64,000 nt of DNA from positions 1 to 64,000 of the forward strand of contig CBFGJG010000003.1 in NCBI GenBank assembly GCA_965649055.1. The letters are read 5' to 3'. The first letter of the stretch is position 1; each line of letters opens with the position of its first letter. The notes beneath the pieces were generated by a model, which was given only the letters and a program-made list of their open reading frames with translations, had not been told where the DNA came from and ran no database searches. A program made the position numbers and the translations under genes. This document shows, piece by piece, positions 1-8,573 of the stretch. The stretch is from a candidate division WOR-3 bacterium (GTDB taxonomy: Bacteria; Hydrothermota; UBA3072; B12-G15).

Positions 1-96
1 CCAGGGCAATCCTCTCTTCATTCATTACCCCTATCTTCACTATCTTAACTGTACCACCATGTGCATGATCTTTTCCAGAAAAGAAAAAAATTTTGC

Positions 97-125
97 TTGA
101 CAAAATTAAAAAATTTCATTATAAT
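97..125 (+). promoter_or_regulatory. sigma70-type promoter TTGACA-17-TATAAT for the 143..529 gene
   Basis: Exact consensus -35 (97-102) and -10 (120-125); AAGGAGG SD before ATG 143. Confidence 0.85.
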
Positions 126-142
126 TTAAAAAAGGAGGTTTT

Positions 143-529
143 ATGAAGTTCTTCTTTTTACTTTTGGTGATTTTTGTTTTGTTTACACCTGTTATTTTGA
201 ATGCACAATTCACTGATGCATGCGCACAGGCAAGTGCTGATGCACAGAAAGAGGTTAATGGAACAATGTGGCTTGCCATTGGATTTCTTCTTGGTTTCCC
301 TATTGGTTGGCCTTTACTCCCAATGTTGCTAGAACCTTCTCCCCCAGCAGCAAAACTTCTCGGTATGCCACCTGATTATGTTACAAGTTATACTTCATGT
401 TTCAAAGATGAAGGGAAGAAAGTTCAGCAGTCAGCAGCTTTAAAAGGATGTATTATCGGAGCTGTAATTTATCTTGGCTGTTACATAATATACTATATTT
501 TGCTTCTTGGGTCCCTTTCAACAATATAA
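143..529 (+). CDS. Hypothetical membrane protein with signal peptide
   Basis: Signal peptide MKFFFLLLV..LNA|Q, two further hydrophobic segments, strong SD, own promoter and terminator. Confidence 0.8.
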   Translation: MKFFFLLLVIFVLFTPVILNAQFTDACAQASADAQKEVNGTMWLAIGFLLGFPIGWPLLPMLLEPSPPAAKLLGMPPDYVTSYTSCFKDEGKKVQQSAALKGCIIGAVIYLGCYIIYYILLLGSLSTI

Positions 530-557
530 AAATGACGGGGGAAACCCCGTCATTTTT
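528..557. terminator. Bidirectional intrinsic terminator
   Basis: AAAAATGACGGGG-GAAA-CCCCGTCATTTTT perfect hairpin, T-runs on both strands, between convergent genes. Confidence 0.9.
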
Positions 558-1833
558 TCAATGCTTCTTTTAACAATTTTATAGCACAGTATTCACCGCA
601 CATTGAACATACATCTTGGATTTTTGATTTTCTCTTTTCCCTTATTTCTTTTGCTTTATCCTTATCTATTGATAATTGATATTCTTTTTCCCAGTCAAGA
701 TTTTTCCTTGCAATACCCATCATTTTGTCAATTTCAATAGCCCCTTTTATCCCTTTTCCAATATCACCAGCATGTGCTGCAATTCTTGATGCAATAACAC
801 CTTCTTTGACATCATCAATTGAAGGTAATGAAAGATGTTCAGATGGTGTTACATAACATAGAAAATCAGCTCCATAATATGCCGCTATCGCTCCACCAAT
901 CGCTGAAACTATATGGTCATAACCAGGGGCAATATCTGTAACAACAGGCCCTAAAACATAAAAAGGGGCATTATGACACAATTTCTTCTCAAGTTCAATA
1001 TTCATTTTAATCTCATTAATTGGAATATGCCCAGGACCTTCTATCATAACCTGAACTCCAGCTTTTAATGCCCTCTGTTGTAGTTCTCCTAATAAAATCA
1101 ATTCATGGAATTGAGAACGGTCTGATGAATCTATTATTGAACCTGGCCTAAATCCATCACCAAGGCTTAAAGTTAAATCGTATTCCCTTGCAATTTCAAG
1201 AAGTTCATCGAAATATTCATAAAGTGGGTTTTCCTTTTTATTGTAAAGCATCCATACTGTTAACATTGTGCCACCCCGAGAAACAATATCAAGAAGCCTT
1301 CCTTCATTCTTCAATCTATCAAGTGTAGATAATGTTACACCACAGTGAACTGTGATGAAATCTACACCATCTTCTGCATGCTTTATAATTGCATCGAAAA
1401 TATCGTCTTTTGTCATATTTACAATACCGTTTTTTTTCTTTGCAGCATTGATAGCCGCCTGGTATATTGGAACTGTTCCTATTGGAATATCAATGTTCTT
1501 TATAATCTGTTTTCTAATTAAATCAATATCACCACCAGTACTTAAATCCATTATTGTGTCTGCTCCTGAAATTTCTGCAATTTTTGCTTTCTTTATTTCC
1601 TGCTCGATATCTGCAAAGTCTTCTGATGTTCCAATATTTGCATTAACTTTTGTTTTAAGACCTTTACCAATACCACATATTTTGGAAAAATTGTGTTTTT
1701 TGTTTTTAGGAATAATTATTTCTCCTTCCTTTAAACCTTCAAGAATAAAATTCAAATCAACTTTTTCACTTTTTGCAACCTTTTTTATTTCATCTGTTAT
1801 CTTACCTTTTCTTGCTGCTTCAATTAGTGTCAT
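550..1833 (-). CDS. thiC: Phosphomethylpyrimidine synthase ThiC (radical SAM)
   Basis: TKVNANIGTS, MDLSTGG, SLGDGFRPG, EGPGH, YVTPSEHL, C-terminal CSMCGEYC. Confidence 0.92.
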   Translation of the reverse strand: MTLIEAARKGKITDEIKKVAKSEKVDLNFILEGLKEGEIIIPKNKKHNFSKICGIGKGLKTKVNANIGTSEDFADIEQEIKKAKIAEISGADTIMDLSTGGDIDLIRKQIIKNIDIPIGTVPIYQAAINAAKKKNGIVNMTKDDIFDAIIKHAEDGVDFITVHCGVTLSTLDRLKNEGRLLDIVSRGGTMLTVWMLYNKKENPLYEYFDELLEIAREYDLTLSLGDGFRPGSIIDSSDRSQFHELILLGELQQRALKAGVQVMIEGPGHIPINEIKMNIELEKKLCHNAPFYVLGPVVTDIAPGYDHIVSAIGGAIAAYYGADFLCYVTPSEHLSLPSIDDVKEGVIASRIAAHAGDIGKGIKGAIEIDKMMGIARKNLDWEKEYQLSIDKDKAKEIREKRKSKIQDVCSMCGEYCAIKLLKEALKK

Positions 1834-2639
1834 ATTTCCTCCAATATGAAATCTTCAGGATTAACATATATTTCTCCCTTTTTTATTTCGTAATATAGAA
1901 TAGGGTAGGGAATCTTACCGGATTTTCCCAAATTACCAATTATCTGTCCCCTTTTTATTTTTTGTCCCTGGCTCACACTAATATTCCCTAAATGGGCATA
2001 TGTTGTTTTAAAAATATTATTATGATTTATAACTATATAGTTTCCCATTTCTTTGTTATTCCCTATTTTTTCAACAATACCAAATGCAGTGGCAATAACT
2101 GGTTCACCTGATTTACCTGCAATTCCTATACCATTAAATGGTTTCCATCTTTCTGTGTAATAATCATAAGCTTTTCCGAATCTTCTTACAATCCTTCCTG
2201 AGACAGGATAGATGGAAGGGAAAAAATCTTTATATTTTGATATTTCTTTATTAGCAAATTCAAAAATAGAATCCACCTTTATAATGTAATTTAATATTGA
2301 ATCAATGCTATTGCTTAAATTGAAATCATTTTTTTCATCTTGAAAAAGTTTGTATTTGCTCATAATTTCATTCTGGATTTTTTTTAAAGAATCTATCTGT
2401 TGTGAAAGTAAAGGCATTTCCTTCTCGAGTTGTTCTATATATTTTTTTAAACTTCTATTATCATTCTCGATTGTATATATCGAAGAAGTATCAATATATC
2501 TTGAGAGATTAATGTATGTGAAAATTCCAAGTGAAACAATTAAAATAGAAAAAAATAAAATAATATAAATATGAATATTAAATTTTTTATGTCTTTCAGT
2601 CGGTTTGTGAGGAATTATAAAAATCTTAATTTTTTTCAC
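1830..2639 (-). CDS. M23/LytM-domain protein with TM anchor and coiled coil; Zn ligands degenerate
   Basis: YPVSGRIVRRFG, GNYIVINH, YAHL, GQIIGNLGKSG, VNP; HxxxD reads FNGIG and HxH reads ILY. Confidence 0.85.
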   Translation of the reverse strand: MKKIKIFIIPHKPTERHKKFNIHIYIILFFSILIVSLGIFTYINLSRYIDTSSIYTIENDNRSLKKYIEQLEKEMPLLSQQIDSLKKIQNEIMSKYKLFQDEKNDFNLSNSIDSILNYIIKVDSIFEFANKEISKYKDFFPSIYPVSGRIVRRFGKAYDYYTERWKPFNGIGIAGKSGEPVIATAFGIVEKIGNNKEMGNYIVINHNNIFKTTYAHLGNISVSQGQKIKRGQIIGNLGKSGKIPYPILYYEIKKGEIYVNPEDFILEEI

Positions 2640-3450
2640 TTTCTTCGTAATATGCCTTTAATTTTTCGACTGCTCTATTTCTGAGCTGCCTAACTCTTTC
2701 TCTTGAAAGCTTCATAATACTTCCTATATCTTCAAGTGTATGCGGGACTTCTTCATCGAGACCAAAATAAAGTTTTATGATATCCCTTTCCCTTGGTGTA
2801 AGTTTTTTTATACCTTCTTTTATCTTCTCAAAAAACTTTTTCTTGAAATAGACCTCTTCAGGTGAAGCAACAGTTTCATCTTTTATCACATCTTTTACTT
2901 CAAGATCATCTGTATGGAGTATACCATTGTCAAGTGATATGTCCTGTTTCGCAATATTCATTGCATCAACAATCTCTTCGGGTTCAACCCCAAGTTCTTT
3001 TGCTATTTCTTCAATAGATGGCTCCCTACCTAACGATTGTCCTATTTTGCTTTCAGCCTTTGCAACCTTTATTATTTTACCAGCCTGGCTCATAGGAAGT
3101 CTAAAAGCTTTTATATGTTCTGTGACAGCCTTCATTATTGATTGTTTTATCCACCATACTGCATAGGAAAGAAATCTTACACCTTTTCTCTCATCATATC
3201 TTTCAGCAGCCCTAACTAACCCCAGGTTCCCTTCATTGATTAAATCAGATAAAGGAGTTCCTAAGTTTTGATATGCTTTTGCAACATTTACAACAAATCT
3301 TAGATGGGAATTAATTAATAAATCTCTTGCTTCTTTGTCTCCAAGCCTTGCTTTTCTTGCAATAACCTTCTCTTCTTCTGCTGTAAGAAGTGGATATTTT
3401 TGAATCTCTCTTATGTAAATTGCTAAGCTCTCTTCGTCATATTTTGCCAT
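2626..3450 (-). CDS. RNA polymerase sigma70-family factor (RpoD/SigA/RpoS-like, no region 1.1)
   Basis: LRFVVNVAKAY, DLINEGNLGL, SYAVWWIKQ, SRERVRQ. Confidence 0.92.
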   Translation of the reverse strand: MAKYDEESLAIYIREIQKYPLLTAEEEKVIARKARLGDKEARDLLINSHLRFVVNVAKAYQNLGTPLSDLINEGNLGLVRAAERYDERKGVRFLSYAVWWIKQSIMKAVTEHIKAFRLPMSQAGKIIKVAKAESKIGQSLGREPSIEEIAKELGVEPEEIVDAMNIAKQDISLDNGILHTDDLEVKDVIKDETVASPEEVYFKKKFFEKIKEGIKKLTPRERDIIKLYFGLDEEVPHTLEDIGSIMKLSRERVRQLRNRAVEKLKAYYEESEKN

Positions 3451-4920
3451 TTATTTTCTAACTGAAATTACCCTTGTTATTCCATCTTGTTTTTTAACAT
3501 AGAAAATGACTGCATCGTCATTTTTGTAAGAATCCATTGCCCTGTAGAAATCATTAACAGAGAGGATATTTATTTTACCTATCCTTTTTATTATATCACC
3601 AACTTCTATTCCGCTTTCATATGCTGGAGAATCTTCCTGTATCTCTACAACTATTACCCCTTTTTCATCACTTTTAAGTCTCAAATCTTTTCTCAAATCA
3701 TTTGTAATATCCTTAACTTTTAAACCAAGCCAATACTCATTTTTTTGTTGATAGCCTGAAGCAATCTCAGGTCTTTCACCGAGTTTCACAATCTTCTTTA
3801 TCCTTTTCTTATCTCTTATTAATTCTATCTCTATCTTTTTCCCAGCTGGATATGATGCAATGGTATTCCTTGCATCAGACACACTTTTAACATCTTTACC
3901 TTCTATTTTTACAATAACATCACCCTGTTCAATTCCTGCATTTTCAGCTGGTGAGTTTGGTTCAACTTCAGCAACTAAAACTCCTGTTATATTTTTATCA
4001 ATACCGAAGTCTTTCTTTAGTTCATCTGTCAATTCCTGTAATAAAACACCGAGATATCCTCTTGATATCTTACCTTCTTTTATGAGTTCATTTGCAACCT
4101 GTAAGGCAAGATTAATAGGTATAGCAAATCCTATTCCTATATTTGTTGTATTCACTATTGCCGTGTTTATACCTACAACTTCCCCGTATATATTGAGCAT
4201 AGGACCACCTGAATTTCCAGGGTTTATCGCGGCATCCGTCTGGATAAAATCTTCTATTACAATAGACTCAAGTGGAATATTACTTCTACCTTTTGCACTT
4301 ACAACCCCGACTGTTACAGTTCCTTTTAGACCAAACGGACTACCAATAGCAATAACCCATTCTCCAACTTCGAGTTTATCAGAATCACCAATCTTCAGAG
4401 TTGTGTATTTCTTTGAATCCTTAAGCCTTATAACTGCGATATCTGTTGTTTTATCAGAACCCAAGATTTCAAAATCCTTTTCTTCAAGTATTTCGCCATT
4501 GTCGAGTGTTATTTCAAGTTTTTGTGCACCTGAAATAACATGGTTATTAGTGAATATGTAATTTTTTCCGTTAATCTCAACAATGAATCCGGAACCAAGC
4601 CATTCCCTTTTATACTTTCTTTTTTCGACTTCTGGAATTCCAAAAAATCTCCTGAAAAATGGGTCATTCCTGAAAAGGTCATCCCATGGTGATGAGATAT
4701 ACTCAGTTTTTTCTCCCCTGATTGAAACCACTGCACCTTTTGCGTTTTTCACAACATCTACAAATGGATTCAAGGTGTTAATGTTTCTTTCCTGAATATT
4801 TTGTGCGTTAACATTTCCAGTAAATTTAAGTGTTGAAGAAATTACAACACCTAAAATGAAAGAAAATATTGCAACAGCTGCTACAAAAAAAGCAAAACTT
4901 ATTATTATTCTTTTTTTCAT
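3451..4920 (-). CDS. degP: Do/DegP/HtrA serine endopeptidase with two PDZ domains
   Basis: GSGF, TNNHV, DIAV, IQTDAAINPGNSGGP, two PDZ repeats. Confidence 0.93.
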   Translation of the reverse strand: MKKRIIISFAFFVAAVAIFSFILGVVISSTLKFTGNVNAQNIQERNINTLNPFVDVVKNAKGAVVSIRGEKTEYISSPWDDLFRNDPFFRRFFGIPEVEKRKYKREWLGSGFIVEINGKNYIFTNNHVISGAQKLEITLDNGEILEEKDFEILGSDKTTDIAVIRLKDSKKYTTLKIGDSDKLEVGEWVIAIGSPFGLKGTVTVGVVSAKGRSNIPLESIVIEDFIQTDAAINPGNSGGPMLNIYGEVVGINTAIVNTTNIGIGFAIPINLALQVANELIKEGKISRGYLGVLLQELTDELKKDFGIDKNITGVLVAEVEPNSPAENAGIEQGDVIVKIEGKDVKSVSDARNTIASYPAGKKIEIELIRDKKRIKKIVKLGERPEIASGYQQKNEYWLGLKVKDITNDLRKDLRLKSDEKGVIVVEIQEDSPAYESGIEVGDIIKRIGKINILSVNDFYRAMDSYKNDDAVIFYVKKQDGITRVISVRK

Positions 4921-4954
4921 AAAACCTCCCTATTTTATTTAATATTTATTATTT

Positions 4955-4984
4955 ATTCTATATATGAAACAAAAAAAATGTCAA
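4955..4984 (-). promoter_or_regulatory. Putative sigma70 promoter of the degP operon (TTGACA-18-TAGAAT)
   Basis: Reverse-strand TTGACA 4984-4979 and TAGAAT 4960-4955; GGAGG SD before degP. Confidence 0.55.
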
Positions 4985-4993
4985 TATGTTACT

Positions 4994-5410
4994 TTAGAAA
5001 CGCAGTCCTATTACACCGCCACCGTCAATGAAGAAATCCATTATAACATATACCGTAGGACCTGTTTCTATAAAAAACTGGTATTTATCAAAGTCAAGTT
5101 TTAAACCAATCCTCATTGTAGGTCCTGCAAGTAAAAAATCCCTGTACCAGGTACTCCAGATGCTAATGTTGCCTGAGATACCTGGTTTTAAATATAACTT
5201 TAAATTCCTCATTTCAGGTGTTAAATTCCCAAAATCAGCAAGTTCGAATTCATATCCACCAAAGGCACCAATATATCCCCAATGGTAAGAAAATCCAACC
5301 TGAAAGTCAATAGCATTTTTTCCTGAAGGCATATAAAATGCTACACCAGTAGGTTCTCCTAAAACCAATCCTAATCTCGCGGCACTAAGTAAAAATAGCA
5401 TTGGAAACAT
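4994..5410 (-). CDS. Small outer-membrane beta-barrel-like protein (DUF3996-like)
   Basis: LGLVLGEPTG motif, alternating amphipathic strands, C-terminal GLRF; AGGAGG SD. Confidence 0.6.
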   Translation of the reverse strand: MFPMLFLLSAARLGLVLGEPTGVAFYMPSGKNAIDFQVGFSYHWGYIGAFGGYEFELADFGNLTPEMRNLKLYLKPGISGNISIWSTWYRDFLLAGPTMRIGLKLDFDKYQFFIETGPTVYVIMDFFIDGGGVIGLRF

Positions 5411-5428
5411 ACAACCTCCTTTTTAAAA

Positions 5429-5496
5429 ATCATACAAAAAAATTTTAAAAAAATCAAGAAATTTTTCTTGAAAAAATTTTTTTTTTATATTATAGT
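5429..5496. promoter_or_regulatory. Back-to-back sigma70 promoters
   Basis: Minus: TTGATT(5457-5452)-17-TATGAT; plus: TTGAAA(5468-5473)-17-TATAGT(5491-5496), 9 nt before ATG 5506. Confidence 0.6.
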
Positions 5497-5505
5497 AAAA
5501 AAACT

Positions 5506-5937
5506 ATGGACGATAAATTTGAACCTAAAATAGTGACATTCTTGTGTAACTGGTGTAGTTATGCAGGTGCTGACCTTGCTGGCGTTTCAAGACTCCAGTA
5601 TCCAACAAATCCAAGGGTTATAAGAGTTCCATGTTCAGGAAGAATAAATCCTTTCTTTATTCTTAAAGCACTTTATGAAGGGGCTGATGGTGTATGGGTT
5701 TCCGGATGCCATCCAATGGATTGTCATTATCAGGATGGTAATTTCTACGCAAGAAGAAGATTTTTTGTAATTCAAAGTCTTTTGAATTTTGTTGGTATCG
5801 AGAAAGAAAGGGTGAATTTTTCATGGGTTAGTGCTTCGGAAGCAAGCAAATTTGCAGAGACAGCAAAGGTTGTTACAGAAAGGGTAAAAAAAGTTGGACC
5901 ATTAAAAAAGTTTGTAAAGGAGAAAGAAATTGATTGA
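5506..5937 (+). CDS. flxD: MvhD/FlxD-type [2Fe-2S] subunit
   Basis: [35 protein letters not shown]. Confidence 0.9.
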   Translation: MDDKFEPKIVTFLCNWCSYAGADLAGVSRLQYPTNPRVIRVPCSGRINPFFILKALYEGADGVWVSGCHPMDCHYQDGNFYARRRFFVIQSLLNFVGIEKERVNFSWVSASEASKFAETAKVVTERVKKVGPLKKFVKEKEID

Positions 5938-6805
5938 TAAGATAAAAGAAATAGCAAGAGAACTAATAAGAAACAAAAAGGTTGACGTGATTATCGGTTT
6001 TGAAAAAGGAACTATTCCTTTTAAATCAAGGCCTGTTTTTATAGAGAAAGAAGAAGATATTGAAAAATTAGTATTTGATAGGTTCTGTGAGAATAATCTT
6101 GCAGCATATATCAGGAGGTATCCTGATAAAAAGATTGGTATAATTGCTAAAGGTTGCGATTCAAGGGCAATTGTTCAATTAATTATAGAGAAACAGGTAA
6201 AAAGAGAAAATCTTATTATTATCGGTGTTGTTTGTGATGGTATATATGATAGGAAGAAGATAATTGAAGATGGGAAAAAGATAGAAGAAATAAATGATGA
6301 CTATCTGTATATAAACTGTAAAACCTGTCAATATCCAGAACCCGTTATATATGATTATATAGCTGGTGAAAAAAATAGGAAAAGGGAAAGAAATTATGAT
6401 GATATCGAAAAGATAGAAAAAATGAGCGATGAAGAGCGATGGGAATTCTTTAAATCTGAATTCGCAAAATGCATAAGATGCTATGCTTGCAGGGAAGCTT
6501 GTCCTATGTGTTATTGTGAATTCTGTTTTGTTGATATTAATCAACCGAGATGGTTGGAAGGTGGGGGTGATGTCTCTGAAAAGGGATTCTGGAATATTGG
6601 GAGAGTGTATCATTTATCAGGAAGATGCGTGGAATGCGGTGCTTGTGAAAGGGCATGCCCTATGGATATAAGCATCTTCACACTCCTTAGGAAAATAAAC
6701 AAAGATATTTATAATGAGTTTGGGCATGAAGCAGGGTTAAAAATAGATGATAAACCATTCCTTGATCAGTATAAATTTGAAGACAAACAGGAATTCATAT
6801 TATGA
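5930..6805 (+). CDS. flxC: FlxC-like 4Fe-4S protein
   Basis: [32 protein letters not shown]; operon position. Confidence 0.82.
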   Translation: MIDKIKEIARELIRNKKVDVIIGFEKGTIPFKSRPVFIEKEEDIEKLVFDRFCENNLAAYIRRYPDKKIGIIAKGCDSRAIVQLIIEKQVKRENLIIIGVVCDGIYDRKKIIEDGKKIEEINDDYLYINCKTCQYPEPVIYDYIAGEKNRKRERNYDDIEKIEKMSDEERWEFFKSEFAKCIRCYACREACPMCYCEFCFVDINQPRWLEGGGDVSEKGFWNIGRVYHLSGRCVECGACERACPMDISIFTLLRKINKDIYNEFGHEAGLKIDDKPFLDQYKFEDKQEFIL

Positions 6806-7752
6806 AAAGAATAAAGAAAGAAAAATTCTTTGACGAACTATTTAAACTTAATAGAAAAGTGATTGCTCCTAAAGGTGAACAATTTTCAACAGTGAAAAAT
6901 AAAGATGAAATAATAACAAAAGGACTTTTAACGAGGATTTCACCGAAGTCTTTTTATTTCCCGTTTGAGGAGAAACTTTTTATTTGGAAAAATCAGGATA
7001 TTAAAGTAGTTGAAGATGATGAAAGGTACATTCTTTTTGGATTGAGGCCCTGTGAGGCAAAAGCATACAAAGCACTTGATAGAACATTCTATAATGAAAT
7101 CCCAGACCCTTATTATATAAGAAGAAGAAACAATACTGCAATCATATCTATTGCTTGTAATGAGCCTTTACCAACCTGTTTCTGCACATCATTGGGTGGT
7201 AGCCCTTTTGATAAAGAAGGTTCTGACATTCTTTTAATTGAAAAAGGAGAATTTTATTATACTGATGGTTATAATTTAGATTTAGGTTTTTCCTTTGAAG
7301 AAACAGACGAAAAGATAGATGATTTAAGAGAAAATGCAATCTCAAAGATTAAGAAATACGATTTTGAGAAGATAAAAGAAAAACTCGATAAGATATGGGA
7401 TACTGATTTCTTTTATAAAATTACCCAGAGGTGTCTAACATGTGGTGCGTGCACATTTCTGTGCCCTACATGTTACTGTTTTGATATTGAAGATAAGGAA
7501 AGGAAAGATGGTGGAAAAAGGGTTAGAATTTGGGATGCATGCACATTCAAGATATACACACAGGAGGCATCTGGGCATAATCCAAGATTGGATGAGTCTA
7601 AAAGAATGAGACAGAGGATTATGCATAAATTTTCATATTATCCTGAACTTTACAATATTTTTGGATGTGTTGGTTGTGGAAGATGTATAACATATTGTCC
7701 TGTAAATTTTGATATTAGAGAAGTTTTGTTTGAAGCAATGGAGAGAGAATGA
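6802..7752 (+). CDS. flxB: FlxB/AsrA-like 4Fe-4S dicluster protein
   Basis: GLRPCE, CFCTS, CLTCGACTFLCPTCYCF, CVGCGRCITYCP. Confidence 0.85.
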   Translation: MKRIKKEKFFDELFKLNRKVIAPKGEQFSTVKNKDEIITKGLLTRISPKSFYFPFEEKLFIWKNQDIKVVEDDERYILFGLRPCEAKAYKALDRTFYNEIPDPYYIRRRNNTAIISIACNEPLPTCFCTSLGGSPFDKEGSDILLIEKGEFYYTDGYNLDLGFSFEETDEKIDDLRENAISKIKKYDFEKIKEKLDKIWDTDFFYKITQRCLTCGACTFLCPTCYCFDIEDKERKDGGKRVRIWDACTFKIYTQEASGHNPRLDESKRMRQRIMHKFSYYPELYNIFGCVGCGRCITYCPVNFDIREVLFEAMERE

Positions 7753-8561
7753 ACCCATACATTCCATTAAAAGCAGAAGTGAAGCTTGCAAGATTTGAAT
7801 CAAATGACAGGTCATTAAAAACAATAGACCTTGTGTTAAATGAAAAATTCAATTTTATACCAGGTCAATTCTGTGAAGTTGGGATACTTGGAAAAGGGGA
7901 AGGGCCTTTCGGTATAGCATCTTCACCTGAAGAGGACTTTCTTCGCTTCACAATAAATAAAACTGGATTTTTGACGACATACCTCCACCATCTTGAAAAA
8001 GGTGATACTGTCTATGTCAGAGGTCCTTACGGGAATGGTTATCCGGTGCATTTATTCCAAGGTAAAAACATAGTTATTGTTTCAGGAGGTTTCGCATTCA
8101 CCACATTAAGGTCTTTGACACTTTATCTTTTAAAAGAAAGAGATAAATATGGAAAGATAACAATTATATATGGTGCAAGGAAACCTGATCTTCTGATTTA
8201 CAGAGACGAACTTGAAGAATGGTCAAAGAGAGGGGATATAGAAATACACCTGACAATCGATACACCTGTTGAGGGATGGAGTAGACATGTTGGTTTTGTT
8301 CCTGTTGTTTTAAAACAGGTTTCTCCAAGCCCAGAAAATGCACATCTTGTTATGTGCGGACCACCAGCTATGATAAAGTTCACATTGCCTGTTATAAATG
8401 AGCTTGGATTTGAGCCGAAGAATGTCTGGACATCCCTTGAACGAAGAATGAAATGTGGTATTGGAAAATGTGGAAGATGCAATATAGGGAAACAATTTGT
8501 TTGTAAAGATGGTCCTGTATTCAGTTTTGAAGAACTCAAATCTCTTCCAAAGGAATATTAA
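7749..8561 (+). CDS. flxA: FlxA FAD/NAD(P)-binding oxidoreductase with [2Fe-2S]
   Basis: PGQF, RGPYGNGY, CGPPAM, MKCGIGKCGRC, CKDGPVF. Confidence 0.88.
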   Translation: MNPYIPLKAEVKLARFESNDRSLKTIDLVLNEKFNFIPGQFCEVGILGKGEGPFGIASSPEEDFLRFTINKTGFLTTYLHHLEKGDTVYVRGPYGNGYPVHLFQGKNIVIVSGGFAFTTLRSLTLYLLKERDKYGKITIIYGARKPDLLIYRDELEEWSKRGDIEIHLTIDTPVEGWSRHVGFVPVVLKQVSPSPENAHLVMCGPPAMIKFTLPVINELGFEPKNVWTSLERRMKCGIGKCGRCNIGKQFVCKDGPVFSFEELKSLPKEY

Positions 8562-8573
8562 ATCGGAGGATAA

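Noticed and set aside
1..70. Possible start of a minus-strand gene (MNEERIAL from ATG at 25)
   Set aside because: Too little sequence in the window to support a call
3860..4561. Long antisense ORFs (also 1352-1849, 40527-41171, 47741-48361, 48472-49236 and many shorter ones)
   Set aside because: They shadow well-supported genes on the opposite strand, are Ser/Phe/Ile-rich and carry no motifs; explained by codon bias
5471..5490. Poly-A/T tracts in promoter spacers as phase-variation switches
   Set aside because: Such tracts are common in the intergenic regions of this AT-rich sequence; no evidence of length variation without reads
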